From Camelus ferus (taxonomy: Eukaryota), in assembly GCF_009834535.1 (NCBI RefSeq), contig NC_045732.1:17360001-17424000 (forward strand): DNA of 64,000 bases, read 5' to 3'. The notes under the pieces were generated by a model that had not been told where the DNA came from, ran no database searches, and saw only the letters and a list, made by a program, of their open reading frames with translations. Shown here piece after piece: positions 12,351 through 25,410 of this stretch. Both the position numbers and the translations under genes were made by a program. Numbering within the stretch: position 1 is the stretch's first letter; every line of letters starts with the position of its first letter.

Positions 12351-12740
12351 GAAGTGAGCCAGAAAGAGAAAGAAGAATACCACATGATAGCACTTATATG
12401 TGGAATCTAAAAAAAATTAAAAAGACACAAATGAACTTATTTATAAAACAGAAATAGACTCACAGACATAGAAAACAAACTCATGGTTACTGGGGAGAAA
12501 GGGGGTGGGAAGGGATAAATTGGGAACTTGGGATTCGTAGATACTAACGACTATATATAAAACAGGTAAGTAACAAGGCCCTACTGTGCAGCACAGGGAA
12601 CTATATTCAATACCTTGTAATTGCCTATAATGAAAAAGAATATGAAAAGGACTTATATATAGGTACAACTAAATCACTATGCTGTACATCAGAAATAGAT
12701 AAACACAACATTATAAATCGACTATACTTCAACAAAAAAG
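12351..12740 (+). mobile_element. Young L1 3' UTR, inserted into an older L1 ORF2 remnant (about 12060-13230)
   Basis: gaagtgagccagaaagagaaagaagaataccacatgata...gactatacttcaacaaaaaa is an L1 3' end. The flanks carry decayed ORF2 phrases (gacataccatgttcctggatagaaag). Confidence 0.85.
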
Positions 12741-13856
12741 GTAAATTGTTGGATTACAAGTAAAATAATTTAGGAAGGTATTGGCTACCAGGAAAAATAT
12801 TTAAAGATCAATTCACTTACAAGTAGAAAACAGATGGAAATGAAAATGAGAAAAAAAGTCATATACACAACCCATCAACAATAGAGACAAAAACTACAAA
12901 ATACATATGAAAAAATTTAACAAAGAAAGTGTAAGATTTATTTGAGAGAGCTATAAATTTCATTAAGGAACATAACACAAGACCTGAATAAATGTGGAGA
13001 CATACCATGTTCCTGGATAGAAAGTCAAAAGTCTTAATATAAAAAAAATGTTAATCCTTTAGAAATATATTAATTTCATATAATTTCAATGGGAATAAGG
13101 CTTTCTTTTAAATTTAAAGAGATTTAAAAATGCATATAAGAAAACAAAGTATGCAAAATTGTCAAGAATGTTTTTGAAAATGTAAAAAATAAGGATAGAT
13201 TTATTGTCCCTACTATTAAAAACTACTGTATTCCAGAATCTTCTTCTCAGCCTCTGCTTCTGGGGAACCCAACATGACACAGTTATGAACAGTCTGTCAC
13301 TCAACCGTATTTTAATGGGGATGCCAGAATTCAATTTCAACACTGGCTTTTATACAGATAAAACAGCATGAAAGGAAACTGAGTTTAAGCTCCTTAAAGC
13401 TATACGTTCCAGCCAACTGGGTCTCAGGTGGGCTATGGATCCAGAAAGCAGTCCTCATGATCCCTTTCCCATTGTTTTTTGCCTGGACTTTGCTTTTTAA
13501 ACATTTCCCTTTGTGACCTGGTTCTCTTTCTTGGCTGGGTCATTTGGCTTGTTTCTCATCCAGCATAACTCCTCCCCATCTTGCTTGTAATTCGGTGAGC
13601 TGGCACCCCTCCCGGTGCTTTGTGCTGGCTTGGCCACCTTTATGTTCCACTTGGCTCTGGCCCAAGATCCAGCACTCTTTCTCCCTTGCCCCATTCTTGC
13701 AGGCAGTTCCAGAATTCCGGATTTAGTTATAGCCTCATTTGCAACTATACCGCTCCTGTCCTGAAGAAAATGGCTTCCAGGGCGTTCTGACAAGTTTCCG
13801 GACTCTGAGGGATTTGGAATCTGGGGCCATGTCTTACTTACCAGCCAGGCATGGAT

Positions 13857-14100
13857 ACTGTAGTTGCATTAGTTTCGTAGTATCACAGTCTAAGTGGCGG
13901 AAACAATAAACATTTATTTCCTCACACTTCTAAAAGGTAGAAGTCCACGATCAAGGTGTCCGTAGGACTGGTTTCTTCTGAAGGCCTCCCTCCTCAACTT
14001 GTAGATGGCTGTCTTCTCCCTGTGTCTTCACATGGTCTTTCCTCTGTGCGTATCAGTGTCCTAATCTTCTCTTCTTACAGGGACACCAGTCATATTGGAC
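13857..14100 (-). mobile_element. MaLR LTR fragment (MLT1A/B-like)
   Basis: acatttatttcctcacacttctaaaaggtagaagtccacgatcaaggtgtc...tcttacagggacaccagtcatattgga resembles reverse-strand MLT1. Confidence 0.75.
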
Positions 14101-14124
14101 TATGGCTAAAACAAGTAGGCAGAC

Positions 14125-14290
14125 CTTTGTCTTGTTCAACCCCAGCTGGAAGCATGCATGTGCTTGGGGGGCCAAATTGTTCTGTTGCCCTGCATGTGCC
14201 CCCAAATGACCATGAAAGCACTGTGAGTACTGATCTTGGGATGACAAATTTTAGTGAGTAGGTGAATTGCAAATATGGAGCCTGCAAATG
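14125..14290. mobile_element. TcMar-Tigger fragment (MER82-like end)
   Basis: cttgttcaaccccagctggaag...aaattttagtgagtaggtgaattgcaaatatggagcctgcaaatgatgaggat resembles the MER82 terminus. Confidence 0.65.
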
Positions 14291-15086
14291 ATGAGGATGG
14301 CCTCTATGCTGGGTACTGTATTAGGTTCTAGGACACACTGCAGAACAAGGCAGTTTCTTCGGGGTCCTTACTGTCTAGCAGGCAGGCACTCAGTGGTAGG
14401 CTGATAAAAGAGGGGCTTAATGAATGCTGCTGTCTTAAAGAGTTGTCAGGAATGCTCTGATTCCTTGAATCCACTGGGAAGGAAGAGGATTCCAAATATC
14501 TGCCTCCTGAAGGAGCTCCACCATCACTCTGTTTGCTAAATGATTAGTATCTCTTTCAAGAGGATACCACAATCAAGTTAAGACCCTACTGAAGTCCAAG
14601 CTGAGTTATGCAGTGTGTCAGCATGTCCCTGTGTCCCGTCTCCTGGGAAATGCTAGCAGCTGATTTACATGGAACTAGCATTCTCCCTCTTACTCAATTC
14701 CGGGCTGCAATACTTTCCCTCTCCTATGTGGCTGTGGCTCACCTACTTTAAGTGTTCTCTGCAATGCCAACTGCCAGCGTTCTGCAAGGTGTCAGCAGGG
14801 GGGGCGTGGACGCATCTCTGATCTGGGATTGACGTGGCCTCGTTCTACACTGCCACTGAACTTTCAAACAGGGATTCTGGACATTGGCAGTATATGACGA
14901 CCACCTGGGAGGAGGCTTTTAAAAAACTATCAGTGTGGTTCAATGTCCACGAATCAATCAATCTGACTTACCACATTAACGAAATGAAGGATAAAAATCA
15001 TGTGATCAGCTCAACAGATACAGAAAAAGTATTTGAAAAAATTTAACATCCATTTCTGATAAAAACTGTCCCCAAAAGGGAACACA

Positions 15087-15256
15087 NNNNNNNNNNNNNN
15101 NNNNNNNNNNNNNNNNNNNNNNNNNNNNNNNNNNNNNNNNNNNNNNNNNNNNNNNNNNNNNNNNNNNNNNNNNNNNNNNNNNNNNNNNNNNNNNNNNNNN
15201 NNNNNNNNNNNNNNNNNNNNNNNNNNNNNNNNNNNNNNNNNNNNNNNNNNNNNNNN
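15087..15256. other. N gap (170 N)
   Basis: Run of N inside L1 ORF2. Confidence 0.98.
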
Positions 15257-15667
15257 GGGGGTGAAGGAGAGAGATCCAAATTGGAAAAGAAGAAGCAAAA
15301 TTGTCACTATTTGCAGATGACATGATACTATATACAGAAAACCCTAAAGACGTCACCAAAAAGCTATTAGAACTAATAAATGAATTCAGTAAATTTGCAA
15401 AATCAATATACAGAAATCTGCTGCATTTCTATACACTAATTAACAAACTATCAGAAATTAAGAAAAGAATCCCATTTACAGTTGCATCAAAAAGAACAAA
15501 ATAACTAATACTTAAGAATAAGAGAAGATATTTGCAAATGATATGTCCAGTAAGGGGTTAATATCTAAAATTTATATAAAACTCATACAACTCAATATCA
15601 AAAAATAAAAAATTCAATTAAAAATAGGCAGAGGACCTGAACAAACATTTTTCCAAGGAGGACATAC

Positions 15668-15801
15668 NNNNNNNNNNNNNNNNNNNNNNNNNNNNNNNNN
15701 NNNNNNNNNNNNNNNNNNNNNNNNNNNNNNNNNNNNNNNNNNNNNNNNNNNNNNNNNNNNNNNNNNNNNNNNNNNNNNNNNNNNNNNNNNNNNNNNNNNN
15801 N
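15668..15801. other. N gap (134 N)
   Basis: Run of N inside L1. Confidence 0.98.
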
Positions 15802-18107
15802 TGGAGAGGATGCCGAGAAAAGGGAACCCTCACGCACTGCTGTTGGGAATGTAAGCTAGTGAGGCCACTACAGAAAACAGTACGACAGTTCCTCAAAAAA
15901 TTAAAAATAAAACTACCATACAATTCAGCAGTTCCACTTCTGGGTATTTAGCCAAAGAAAATGAAAACACTAATTCAAAAAGATATATGCACCCCTATGT
16001 TCATCGCAGCATGATTTGCAATAGCCAAGATAAGGAAGCAACCTGTGTCCATCAACAGATGGATGGATAAAGAAGATGTGGTGTGTGTATATACACAATG
16101 CAATACTACTCAGCCACAACAAAAGAATGAAATCTTACCATTCACAACAACATAGATGGACTGTGAGGGAATTATGCTAAGTGAAATAATTTAGACATAG
16201 GAAGATAAATACCATCTGATTTTACTTACATGTGGAATCTAAAAAACAAATAAACAAACCAAACAAAACAGAAACAGACTCAAGATACAGAGAACAAACT
16301 GGTGGTTATGAGAAGGGAAGAGGGTGGGGGTTGAGCGAAATCGGTGAAAGGGATTAAGAAGTACAAACTTCCAATTGCAAAATAAGACACAGGGGTGCAA
16401 TGTACCACAATGGCAGTATAGTCAATAATATTGTGATAACTTTATATGCTGACAGATGGTTACTAGACTTACTGTGGTGATCAATTCGTGATGCGTTTCA
16501 ATGTCAGAACACCACTGTACACCTGAAACTAATGTAATATTGTATGTCAACTATACTTCAATAAAAACTTTTTTAAATAAAAAGATTTTAATAAATAATA
16601 AAAAATCATCAATGCTAGGCTCCATCCCTGACCAAGCATGTTGGCTCTGGAGGTGGGGCCCAGGCATCCCTATCTTCTAAAGCTTCCAGACAGATTTCAT
16701 GTGCAGCCAGAATGGAGAACCACCACTTTGATCTGAGTCTCACCTTCTTCATCTGTAGAGAAAGATTTTGGTATCTGAAGAGTCCCGAGATAATGTACTA
16801 TGAGCTATAATCCTAAATTCTATTTCAAAATTGTCAGGGCACTTTTCCCTCCAATATTTCCTCCACTGATGTAGCTACCACAGGAAATATAATAAGTAAC
16901 AGATTTTCTTCCCATAGCACATTTATAACATTATTGATGTCTGTCTCACTATTTGTTTGGTAGGAAGTAAAGTGATTTTTTTCCCCTCCAAAGAAGCTAA
17001 AAATGAAGGGGCAATGATATAACACAGTGTTCACTGAATGGAAAGAAAACCACCACGATCTTTGACATGCCAGCTGAACTTGAATGCTCTATGGCGTGAA
17101 TTTCAATGCCATTTCATGTCTCTAATCGCATCCCTTGAGCACAGAGGTCTGAGTGCCATCGCTGCAGCTGGAGAGAGCAGGAGAGACACAGAGTTGAGCC
17201 AAACTGGTTTTTTGTTTTTGAAAAAAGAACATGTCTGGGACTCTGAAAAATAGTTCAGATCAGAATCTACCAAGTAAACCTAAAATAGATTTGAGTGGGC
17301 AGATGAGCAGAGCAGAGGCCACAAGGCCCTCCCCACAGGCCAAATGCTGAGTGAAGTAACAGGAGCACTTTGGCAGAGTTCTCATCAAATAAGATGCTAA
17401 CATTCCATGCTTGAGTTACTTAACAACACCCTCCTTGGATGGTATGTAGCAAGTCTTCTGAAGGTAAAAACAAGTAGTGAGAATAATTTAGATACACTGA
17501 TCAGCAATGGTCTAAAGAGGGTCTTTCCAGCTATTTGAAAAATGGTGTTTAAAAAATTATCCCCTGCTAATCTGATAGGTCCAGGCACTCAGTTCATGGA
17601 CTGCATGGAGGCTAAAATATATATTTGGCCTCTACCAGTCAAGATACAATGTTTTCCAAAACTGTCAGTCATGAAGAGAAAAGATGATGGAAAGAAACTC
17701 TGATGAAAGTCTGAATTTGGGTCTAGGACCTTTCAGAATGTACGAGTTTGGCAGGACTGATTAGGAAAGTAGCCAGCAGTTATTGCAACTCATATGGACA
17801 GCAAGTGACACTCAGTGATGTCTTCAATGACTACATGTGATCAGATCCCAGAGGGAAAAAAAGCAAAGCAGGATAGAGGATGTTGTCCATGACAGACAGA
17901 AGTAAGCAGACAAAGTGCATCTATACAGGTAAGAACCAGAAACCATGGGGTCAGAAGGCAGAATTGAGAAAGGCGGACTCAAAGATAGGGCTTCAAAGGT
18001 TGAAGGGGTCTGTGAGACTCTAAAGTGAGACAGAAATTTGGTCAGGATTCCAGCCACAAAAACAGAGTGGTTAGTAAAGAAAAGTCTGGGAACTAGGGGC
18101 TTTTTGA

Positions 18108-18220
18108 CAGGGTGACCAGTTGTCCTGGTTTGTCTGGGCCTTTCTCAGCTTTAGCACTCCAAGTCCTACACACAGGGCAACCTCTCAGACCTGGAAAAAC
18201 AGGGGTGGTAGATCATCCTA
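18108..18220. mobile_element. MER53-like hAT MITE
   Basis: cagggtgaccagttgtcctggtttg ... aaaaacaggggtggtagatcatccta; imperfect palindrome with agggtgacc-type TIRs. Confidence 0.7.
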
Positions 18221-20989
18221 TTGCTGTATAATCCTGAGTCAAGAGCAGAGGTCTTCTGAGTAAGAGGAGGCCTATTCTAAAGAAGCTTATGGGAGGATGC
18301 AGCTGATTTCAGGGAGAATCTCACAGAGGGGCTAGGGAATGAGGAATGCTCCTTACAGCTACCACTCTGGGCCATGGGGTTCTCTAATCTTTTCATCCTT
18401 TTGGATTTCAGTTTCTTTATTCACAAAGTGATTACTTGGCATTCAATCATTTTTATTTTCCTCTTTCAAAAGTAGCAGAATCTTTTCTTCAAATGAAATC
18501 TTATCCAGATAGGAATATATCCAAAGGCTAAAGCAGAGCCAGTGGGCTGGGGACCTATAACCCTGACCACTTTGCTCTACACGCAACCCTCCCCCGTTCT
18601 GCCCCTGACAGCCCCTGAGACACCTGTGCTGAACCTACACGGCTCCGAAGAGCAGACTTCTAACATCACCAACTGGATGATCTTCAAGTTCTCTCTGGGG
18701 CGGAAATCCCACGATGCCTCGGCCATCTGCAACATTATTGCTATTTTTCGGAACTGGATAAGCTGCCCCTATTTTCAGAGTTCTGGCCTCAGTATCTCTC
18801 TGTCCCTCCAACACACACACTAACTGGAACACAGTCAAGGAACCAGTTTGATTGGGCTTTGCTTACTCTCAAAATCAAATAATGTATAGAAAACATATTG
18901 AAATAATCATCTCTGGGTTGTGGGATGGAATAGGGGAGACTGATTGATCTCTTGTTGTGTGTGTCTGTCTATGAGCACTTGTCTGTATTTTCTACCATTT
19001 GAATGCAATACTTATTCAATCTTGTGCCAAACCCTGGAGCTCGGACATGCTTTGGCCTTGTCTACTACATTTGGCCTACTCCCTCCCCCACGTATAGGCT
19101 CCTTTTCCTTGGCTCCTCCCCTTTGCCTTGCATCCCCACTTTGACAAGGCACTTTCTTCATCTCTTACATCATTTTCCACCTTGCATTTCTTCCTCCTAC
19201 TTTAGCTTACAATATGAGCTACTATTATTAGCTTTAATGTCCCCTGCTCTCAGGGGACTGATCCAGCCCTAAGACACCACACTTTTTTTCAGTGGGTCTC
19301 CCTAGGAGCTAATCCCCTGGTGAAGTCCTCTTCTTTCCCTGCAAATAGCTTAGTAATCACTCTGTGTCCACCTCCCAGCCTTAGGGGGTGACTGACTCCC
19401 AGTTCTGTTGGTCTCATAGGATGTGCTTTCCTGTGAAGAGGATGTTGTGATGAAGAGGAGACAAGTTCTTGAATTTAATGACCCTGGACAGTACACCACT
19501 TGGTCTCCTGGAGGATAAAGGCCCTCCAGTTGAGCCTCAAATCACACCAAAGGATGTGCCCTTCCCCTTGCCATGGAGAGTAAAGTGTTATCGATAGATA
19601 CTGATGACCTTATTCCCTTAAAAGGATCAAGACCACTGACATACAGTGAGATCCAGATAGTACACTGGAAGGTGGTGGAAGAATCACATGACAGCTGTTA
19701 ATAAGAATATCTTTGGTTGCTTTATGAAAAAAAGGATGCTTAACAAAAGGAAAACCCTTTTTTCCAGTATTTTATTGGGGCAGCTGCTGACAAGGAACAC
19801 CCTATAACGCGGCAGCCAACTCTGTTTTAACCATCCTTATCTTCGATTACCTAGTACCTGACTCACGCATTCTCCTGGTCTTTTGCTTCCAGCATTAACT
19901 TATGACTTTGGACAATCAGATCTGATTCTCCCTGATGTCATCCTCCTGTCAATAGCCCTGCACATTACAAACTATCCAACCTTGCTATTTGTTTCATCTG
20001 TAAAACAGAAAAGAATTACCTCCTAGGATTGTTGTGAAGACTAAATTATATTTATAAAATATTTGGCATAATACCTGCCCTTTAGAATGTGCTTTTATTT
20101 ATATAGAACAGGGCTAATCAAAGGGAGGTTCATGGACCAGTGCTAGCTGTTCATTACTGGTGTGTGATGAAAAAAAATAAAGTAGAGAAATTGAGAGTTA
20201 GCGCTCTGAAACTTTTAGACTAGAAATTTTCTTTAAAGAAATAAATCACTTCCCAAAGATACTTAGAGAAGCACTGATACAAACAGGACCTCAGTTGAGG
20301 AAGTGTCCGATATACAGCTTAGCATACGTCACCTGGAAAGACGTTCTTCAGAAATATTACGTGCCCCTTTCTGCTAGCCCGTTACCTTCACGGTATTGTT
20401 AATCCTGGAGAGTCCTCCCATCACACCGTCGCATTTGTGAGGAACCGCTTCTCCTCTTCTGCTCATCTGCTGGTGTCTGTTAAGAAAACATAAATTAACG
20501 TTAACATTTGTTTAAAACATAACTCAGAAAATCTGTTTCTAAAGGAAGCAGGATGCATTCCAAGGCCAACTGGCATTTCTGATTTGTGTTACCCATGCCA
20601 TTTCCCAAAGCTGTCAGGGGATAATTAAAAGTCAGAGGGGAAAATTTAATTCTTTTCATGTTAAGGGACAGTGGCTATAGTAAAGAGAAAGCATTAACAT
20701 TTTCAGGGGAGGAGGGGAGGGGGGTTGATTAAATCTAAAGAAAACAATCAATTCTAGGCATAAGCTGTGGTCACTTTATCCATTAGCTTCAGGACAAGAG
20801 TGGCATTTGGAGCACAGTCTTTTCAAGGCGCTGGCACCAGGCCATTCCTGAAGCACACAGTCATTATGGAGACATTTAATTAGTGCATTTTGCATGACTG
20901 CCTATGGACGCAGGAGGGGCAATGTGCCATCTAGCCCTTTTAGGGTCAATTGACGGCTGGAGAGAAGGCCAGCCTGCAAAGTCATGGTA

Positions 20990-21105
20990 AACTCTGTGAG
21001 GTCAGGGACTCTGTATTACCTCCATTTTTTATTCCCCGTGCCCAAAATAGGGCCTAGAACATAGTATGCACTCAATAAAATATTTGTTGACTGAATACAT
21101 GATTT
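20990..21105 (+). mobile_element. L2 3' end
   Basis: ctctgtgaggtcagggactctgt...ctagaacatagtatgcactcaataaaatatttgttgactgaat. Confidence 0.75.
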
Positions 21106-22289
21106 CAAGGTCACCAAAGCCGGAATTCCTCCAGAAACCTGCTTCCATCCAGTGTGCCTGGTCTAGTAAACGACAGGACCAGGATTCAAACACAGAGCTG
21201 TCCACCTCCGGAGTTCTACACTTATTCTACTACAGCGTGCTGTGGAGACGACACTGGAAATAACTTCCATGCCCTCCACGATTGGAGTGGCCTCAGAATG
21301 CCCCCTCCCCAGACACCATGGGGCTGAGTCACCTCTCACTTTTCTCACTCCTCTCTGAAAAGGGGAGAAACAGTGGTGCCTCAGAAGCTTATCACCAGGA
21401 AAATAGAATTGGACCCTTCTACTGTGGGCAAAGAAGTCCACCCTCTCCCTGTTATCCTCTACAGAATGTGTTCTGGCCGTATCTTGAAGAACATAAGCTG
21501 GCTCTTGGGGATACAGAAGGAGACATTACTGTAATAGGCTGAAGTATAAAGCCAAAGTGGAATCTGGTTCTAAAAATACATTCCAGTCTCCGTTTTATTT
21601 ATCTTTACTGGTCCAATAGCCTCATTTACTATATGACCCTTGAGCATCTTTCACTTGAATTTTTAAAAATACAGTAAAAGGACTAACAACAGTGTTTAGC
21701 TTAAGTAGACACGATAGCGCTTTTCAAGTAAATTGACCTCCTTTCTTTGATCAGCCAAAAAAAAAATGTTTAAAATGAGCTCTGTGTTGTGCCCTGAAGG
21801 GTGAAAAACTCAGACTTTGTTACACTGAGAGAGCAAAGGACTTTCAGACTCATAAACTCAGAGTTCTTTGGTTTGTCATCAATAATCTAATTTAGCAGCT
21901 CTATAAAGGGATGCTCAGGACTTAAAGGGTTATAAGAATTGGGTCCAGGAGAAAAATAGGGATGAACGCTAGAAAGGAAGAGAAGTAATCAAGAAATAAC
22001 GAGTTAAAATTTCAAATCTTGCTCCTAACTAGTGCCTTTTCCTGGACTAAAAGCTAAGAGAAGTATAAAGAATGGATTTCTGTGTCATCTTTAGGTGAAC
22101 TATGTCTTACACTTTAATTATATATGAATTTAAAACAAAATGCAAACTCATAACAGAGCATAGGAAACATGTGCTAGAGGTGATAAGGAAGAAGAGAAAG
22201 TAATGTTGAATCACACTGTGCAAAATAGAGGTAGAGAAGAAGAGGAAAGGGAATTGAAGGTCAGAGAGAAGACTCTGGATGTGATCTCA

Positions 22290-23690
22290 TGGACAATAGG
22301 GGTTTATACGGGACTGGGTCCTGGCTGAGAGCAAAGGGTGTACTCAAATGAGTTCATTGAAGAGGGTTTACTAAAACGTCTGTTTACAAAGGTCTGTGGT
22401 CAGGATTAAAGGAAGCCAATTAGGAGCCAACAGCAACCTGAAGGCACAAGAGTGGAGCCATCACTAAAAACTGGAAAGAGCTGTAGCTGTCAGAGAGTGC
22501 CATCTTCCAGGAGCTGTGTATCTGTCTGTCTCCTCTATGTACTTTAATTGATATAAATGATACACTTTTCTTCATTTGTATTTTTGTATGTTATGATTTG
22601 AGTTTTTAGTGTTTCCTATTTTTTATCCCTATTTTTTGTTTTGTGCTACAAAAGTTTGGTTTGAAACTTTTCTATCCATTTTTTATTGAGGTATACTTAA
22701 CATACAACTATATTAGTTTCAAGTGTCCAACATAGTGATTTGATATTTGTATACATTGTGAAATGATCACCACAATAAGTCTACTTAACATCTGTTACCA
22801 TACATAAATTTTTTTCTTGTGATGAGAACTTTTAAGATCTACTCCCTTAGCAACTTAACAATACAGTATTATTAGCAACTATGCAATATACTATTGTTAA
22901 CTACAAGCTATACACTATATCCTTGTGTCTTATTTTAGAACTGGAAATCTGTACCTTCTGATTCCCTTCCCCCTTTTTTCCCACCCCCCCCATTCCCCCA
23001 CCTCTGGCAACCAGCAATCTGTTCTCTGTATCCATGAGCTTGCTTTTTTTAAATTCCACATATAAGCGATATACAGTATTTGTCTTTCTCTGTCTGACTT
23101 ATTTCATGTAGCATCATGTCCTCAAGGTCTATCCACGTTGTTGTAAATTGTAAGATTTCATTTTTCTTTATGGCTGAATAATATTCCATTGTGTATTTTC
23201 TATCCATTTTAAGTTGAGATATAATTCACTCATCACAAAATTCATCCTTTTGAGATATACAATTAAACAATCCTAGTATATTTTCAAAGTTATCACCACT
23301 ATCTAATTCAAGAATATTTTTATCACCCGCCAAAGCTCCATATCCATTAAAAATCACTCCCCATTTTCCTCTCCCCCAAGTTGCTGGAAACCACCCATCT
23401 ATTTTGTCTCTTTGAATTTGGCTTTCAATAGGAAAACGAAGCCACTACCATACTTCTGTGCAGCTGGGAGGGAGCTGATGGAATAAATATTCCAACTTCT
23501 CTTTCCTCCTCAACTTTGGTCTCCTCCTGGTGCCTCCTGTTGGCTGAAATCAACTGGGAACCAGATGTCAATAAAGCCTAATTTGTGTAGCCCACTGATG
23601 TCAGCCTCCAGAGGCTGGAGGGATATACGGGCAGAAAGAGAGTGCCTAAGGGCCCCATAGAGTCTTGACCAGAAGATGCTGGGAAGAGAA
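22290..23690. mobile_element. Old ERVL/MaLR-type LTR split into two pieces (about 22290-22530 and 23425-23690) by nested L1 tails
   Basis: Both pieces resemble consecutive parts of an old LTR (gggtgtactcaaatgag...ctgtttacaaaggt; ctcctggtgcctcctgttggctgaaatcaactgggaaccag). Subfamily uncertain. Confidence 0.5.
22683..23195 (-). mobile_element. L1 3' end with a perfect 15-bp TSD, nested at an older L1 tail (about 23211-23425)
   Basis: TSD ttttctatccatttt at 22668-22682 and 23196-23210. The body is a reverse-strand L1 3' UTR. Confidence 0.88.
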
Positions 23691-24699
23691 TGGACTGCCA
23701 GACAGAACTGGGAAGTAGAAAGGGTATGCAATCCTCGTGCAAGAAGCTGGTACTCTATGGTGAAAGGACACGCCCCTGGGGATAATGGGTCTATTCAACA
23801 TAAGGGAATCAAGGGGTCTGAAGTCCACAGTAAGATTGTTTTCAATGTTGTTATGTAACAAAAGATTAATCATGGCATCCTTTCATTTTAATTTTTAAGT
23901 GGCTTCTGGAGACCCAAGAAAATGATTCATCATCCATTATTCATATTTCATTTTCATTCTTATCTGTATCAATGTGACTTTGTATACATGACATTGAAAA
24001 TTACATTTATCCTTTCTTTATGGTACCCTATAAATAAACAGAAAAGCTTATTTTCTAATTATATGATGGGAGCCAGTGCAACTAGATTTGTCTAGTATTA
24101 ATTAAAAACTGATTTAGTTTTATAATATAATTTGGCCTTAGCTTGAAGGCATTGCAAGCCATAACAAAAAGAATTTTCCTTAAAAGGAGAAAGATGGATG
24201 GTTACTCAATCATTTCCGTCTCTTTAGTTGATTACATTTCTTGGTGTGCTGGTCAAGAAGCAAACACAGCTCAATATTTGCCAGAGTCGGTCTTCTGGTT
24301 ACATCAAATTATCTCCAGCTCCCTTCAAAAGTCTTTCTCTGACAAGAAAACCTTTCCTTTGTGCCAATTTAATTGTCCCCCTACTCACATTTAGCAATTT
24401 ATCCAAGTGATCTGGCATGGTTATTAAGCATACTTGTTATTATTAAAGTTAATAACTTAAAAGTTGAATTACATTTTCTTTCCAGAAGCCCATATAATTC
24501 CCCATCTGAAAAATAAGAGGATCTTGTTTTCTTCATCCACGTTTTGCATATACTATCCACCATCACTGAAAAATATATCTCCCTTTTTTTCTATTTTCCT
24601 AAATTAATGTGAAAAGATGAACACAAATTATAATCTTCTCCTCAGAAGTAAATGATTAAGGAAGCTATTATAGAAATGGCCTCATGTGACTGTGATAAT

Positions 24700-24920
24700 G
24701 AAAGCATTTATTCAAGAATAACAACTTACATTTATTGGAGATTATGAAGTTTATATAGCCTCCAACTCATGTCACTGGATCCTTGCTATAACGAGGGGTG
24801 GTAGACAAGGAAAGTGATACATCTCCCATTTTACCGAAGGGAAACTGGAGCTCAGAGAATTAGTGATCTGTCTAAAATTGTAGACCTAGTAAGCAGGAGC
24901 TCGAACTTGGATGTACACCT
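24700..24920 (-). mobile_element. MIR remnant
   Basis: tctcccattttaccgaagggaaactggagctcagagaattagtgatctgtctaaaatt resembles the MIR core in reverse. Confidence 0.7.
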
Positions 24921-25269
24921 TCTAAATTCTTAATATCATGTGCCTTAGATGCATAATCCTGGAGAGGAACAAGTGGGTTTATGACGGACCCACTGGTTTT
25001 TTTTTTTTTTTAAAGACTGTTGATGGAGATTCCATACATTTTTTTCCTTGCCTGGTCCAACAGTCAACCGTTTGGCAGGAATTCCCATCATTCATGTATC
25101 CTAGACCCATGGCCCCTATAGGGCTGTACTGAAACATGGAGATATGCACTCTTGGTATATTTTAGAAAATGGCTTTTATATTTTTGAAGGTGACAATTAC
25201 ATTGTCCTTTAACATTCTTATATGAAGTGAGCTAATTCCAGTATCTTGGTCTCTGAGAACCTGGAGTTA

Positions 25270-25410
25270 AGGGAAGAGAGAAGGAGAGAGTAGGAAGAAA
25301 AGGAGAAGGAGGAGGACGAGGAAGGGGAGGAGGAGGGGGGAGAGGGAAGGAGAAATGAATAGGGGGAGGAAGAGAGGATAGAGAAGGGAGGGAGAGAAGA
25401 AAGAGAGAAA
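25270..25410 (+). repeat. GA-rich polypurine low-complexity tract
   Basis: About 140 nt composed almost entirely of G and A. Confidence 0.9.

Larger units (their letters stand above)
14936..16598 (+). mobile_element. 5'-truncated, internally deleted L1 (RT remnant plus 3' UTR) inserted into a MER5A-like element
   Basis: ORF track shows [36 protein letters not shown] and [16 protein letters not shown] (L1 RT, FADD motif). Degenerate TSD taaaaaactatcagtg (14920-14935) / taaaaaatcatcaatg (16599-16614). The flanks join into a MER5A-like sequence. Confidence 0.9.

Noticed and set aside
14791-14806. CTCF-like TCAGCAGGGGGGGCG
   Set aside because: Seven G rather than five break the spacing of the core motif.
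14834-15504. Active or intact L1 ORF2
   Set aside because: Only short RT remnants with frameshifts, an internal deletion and 5' truncation remain.
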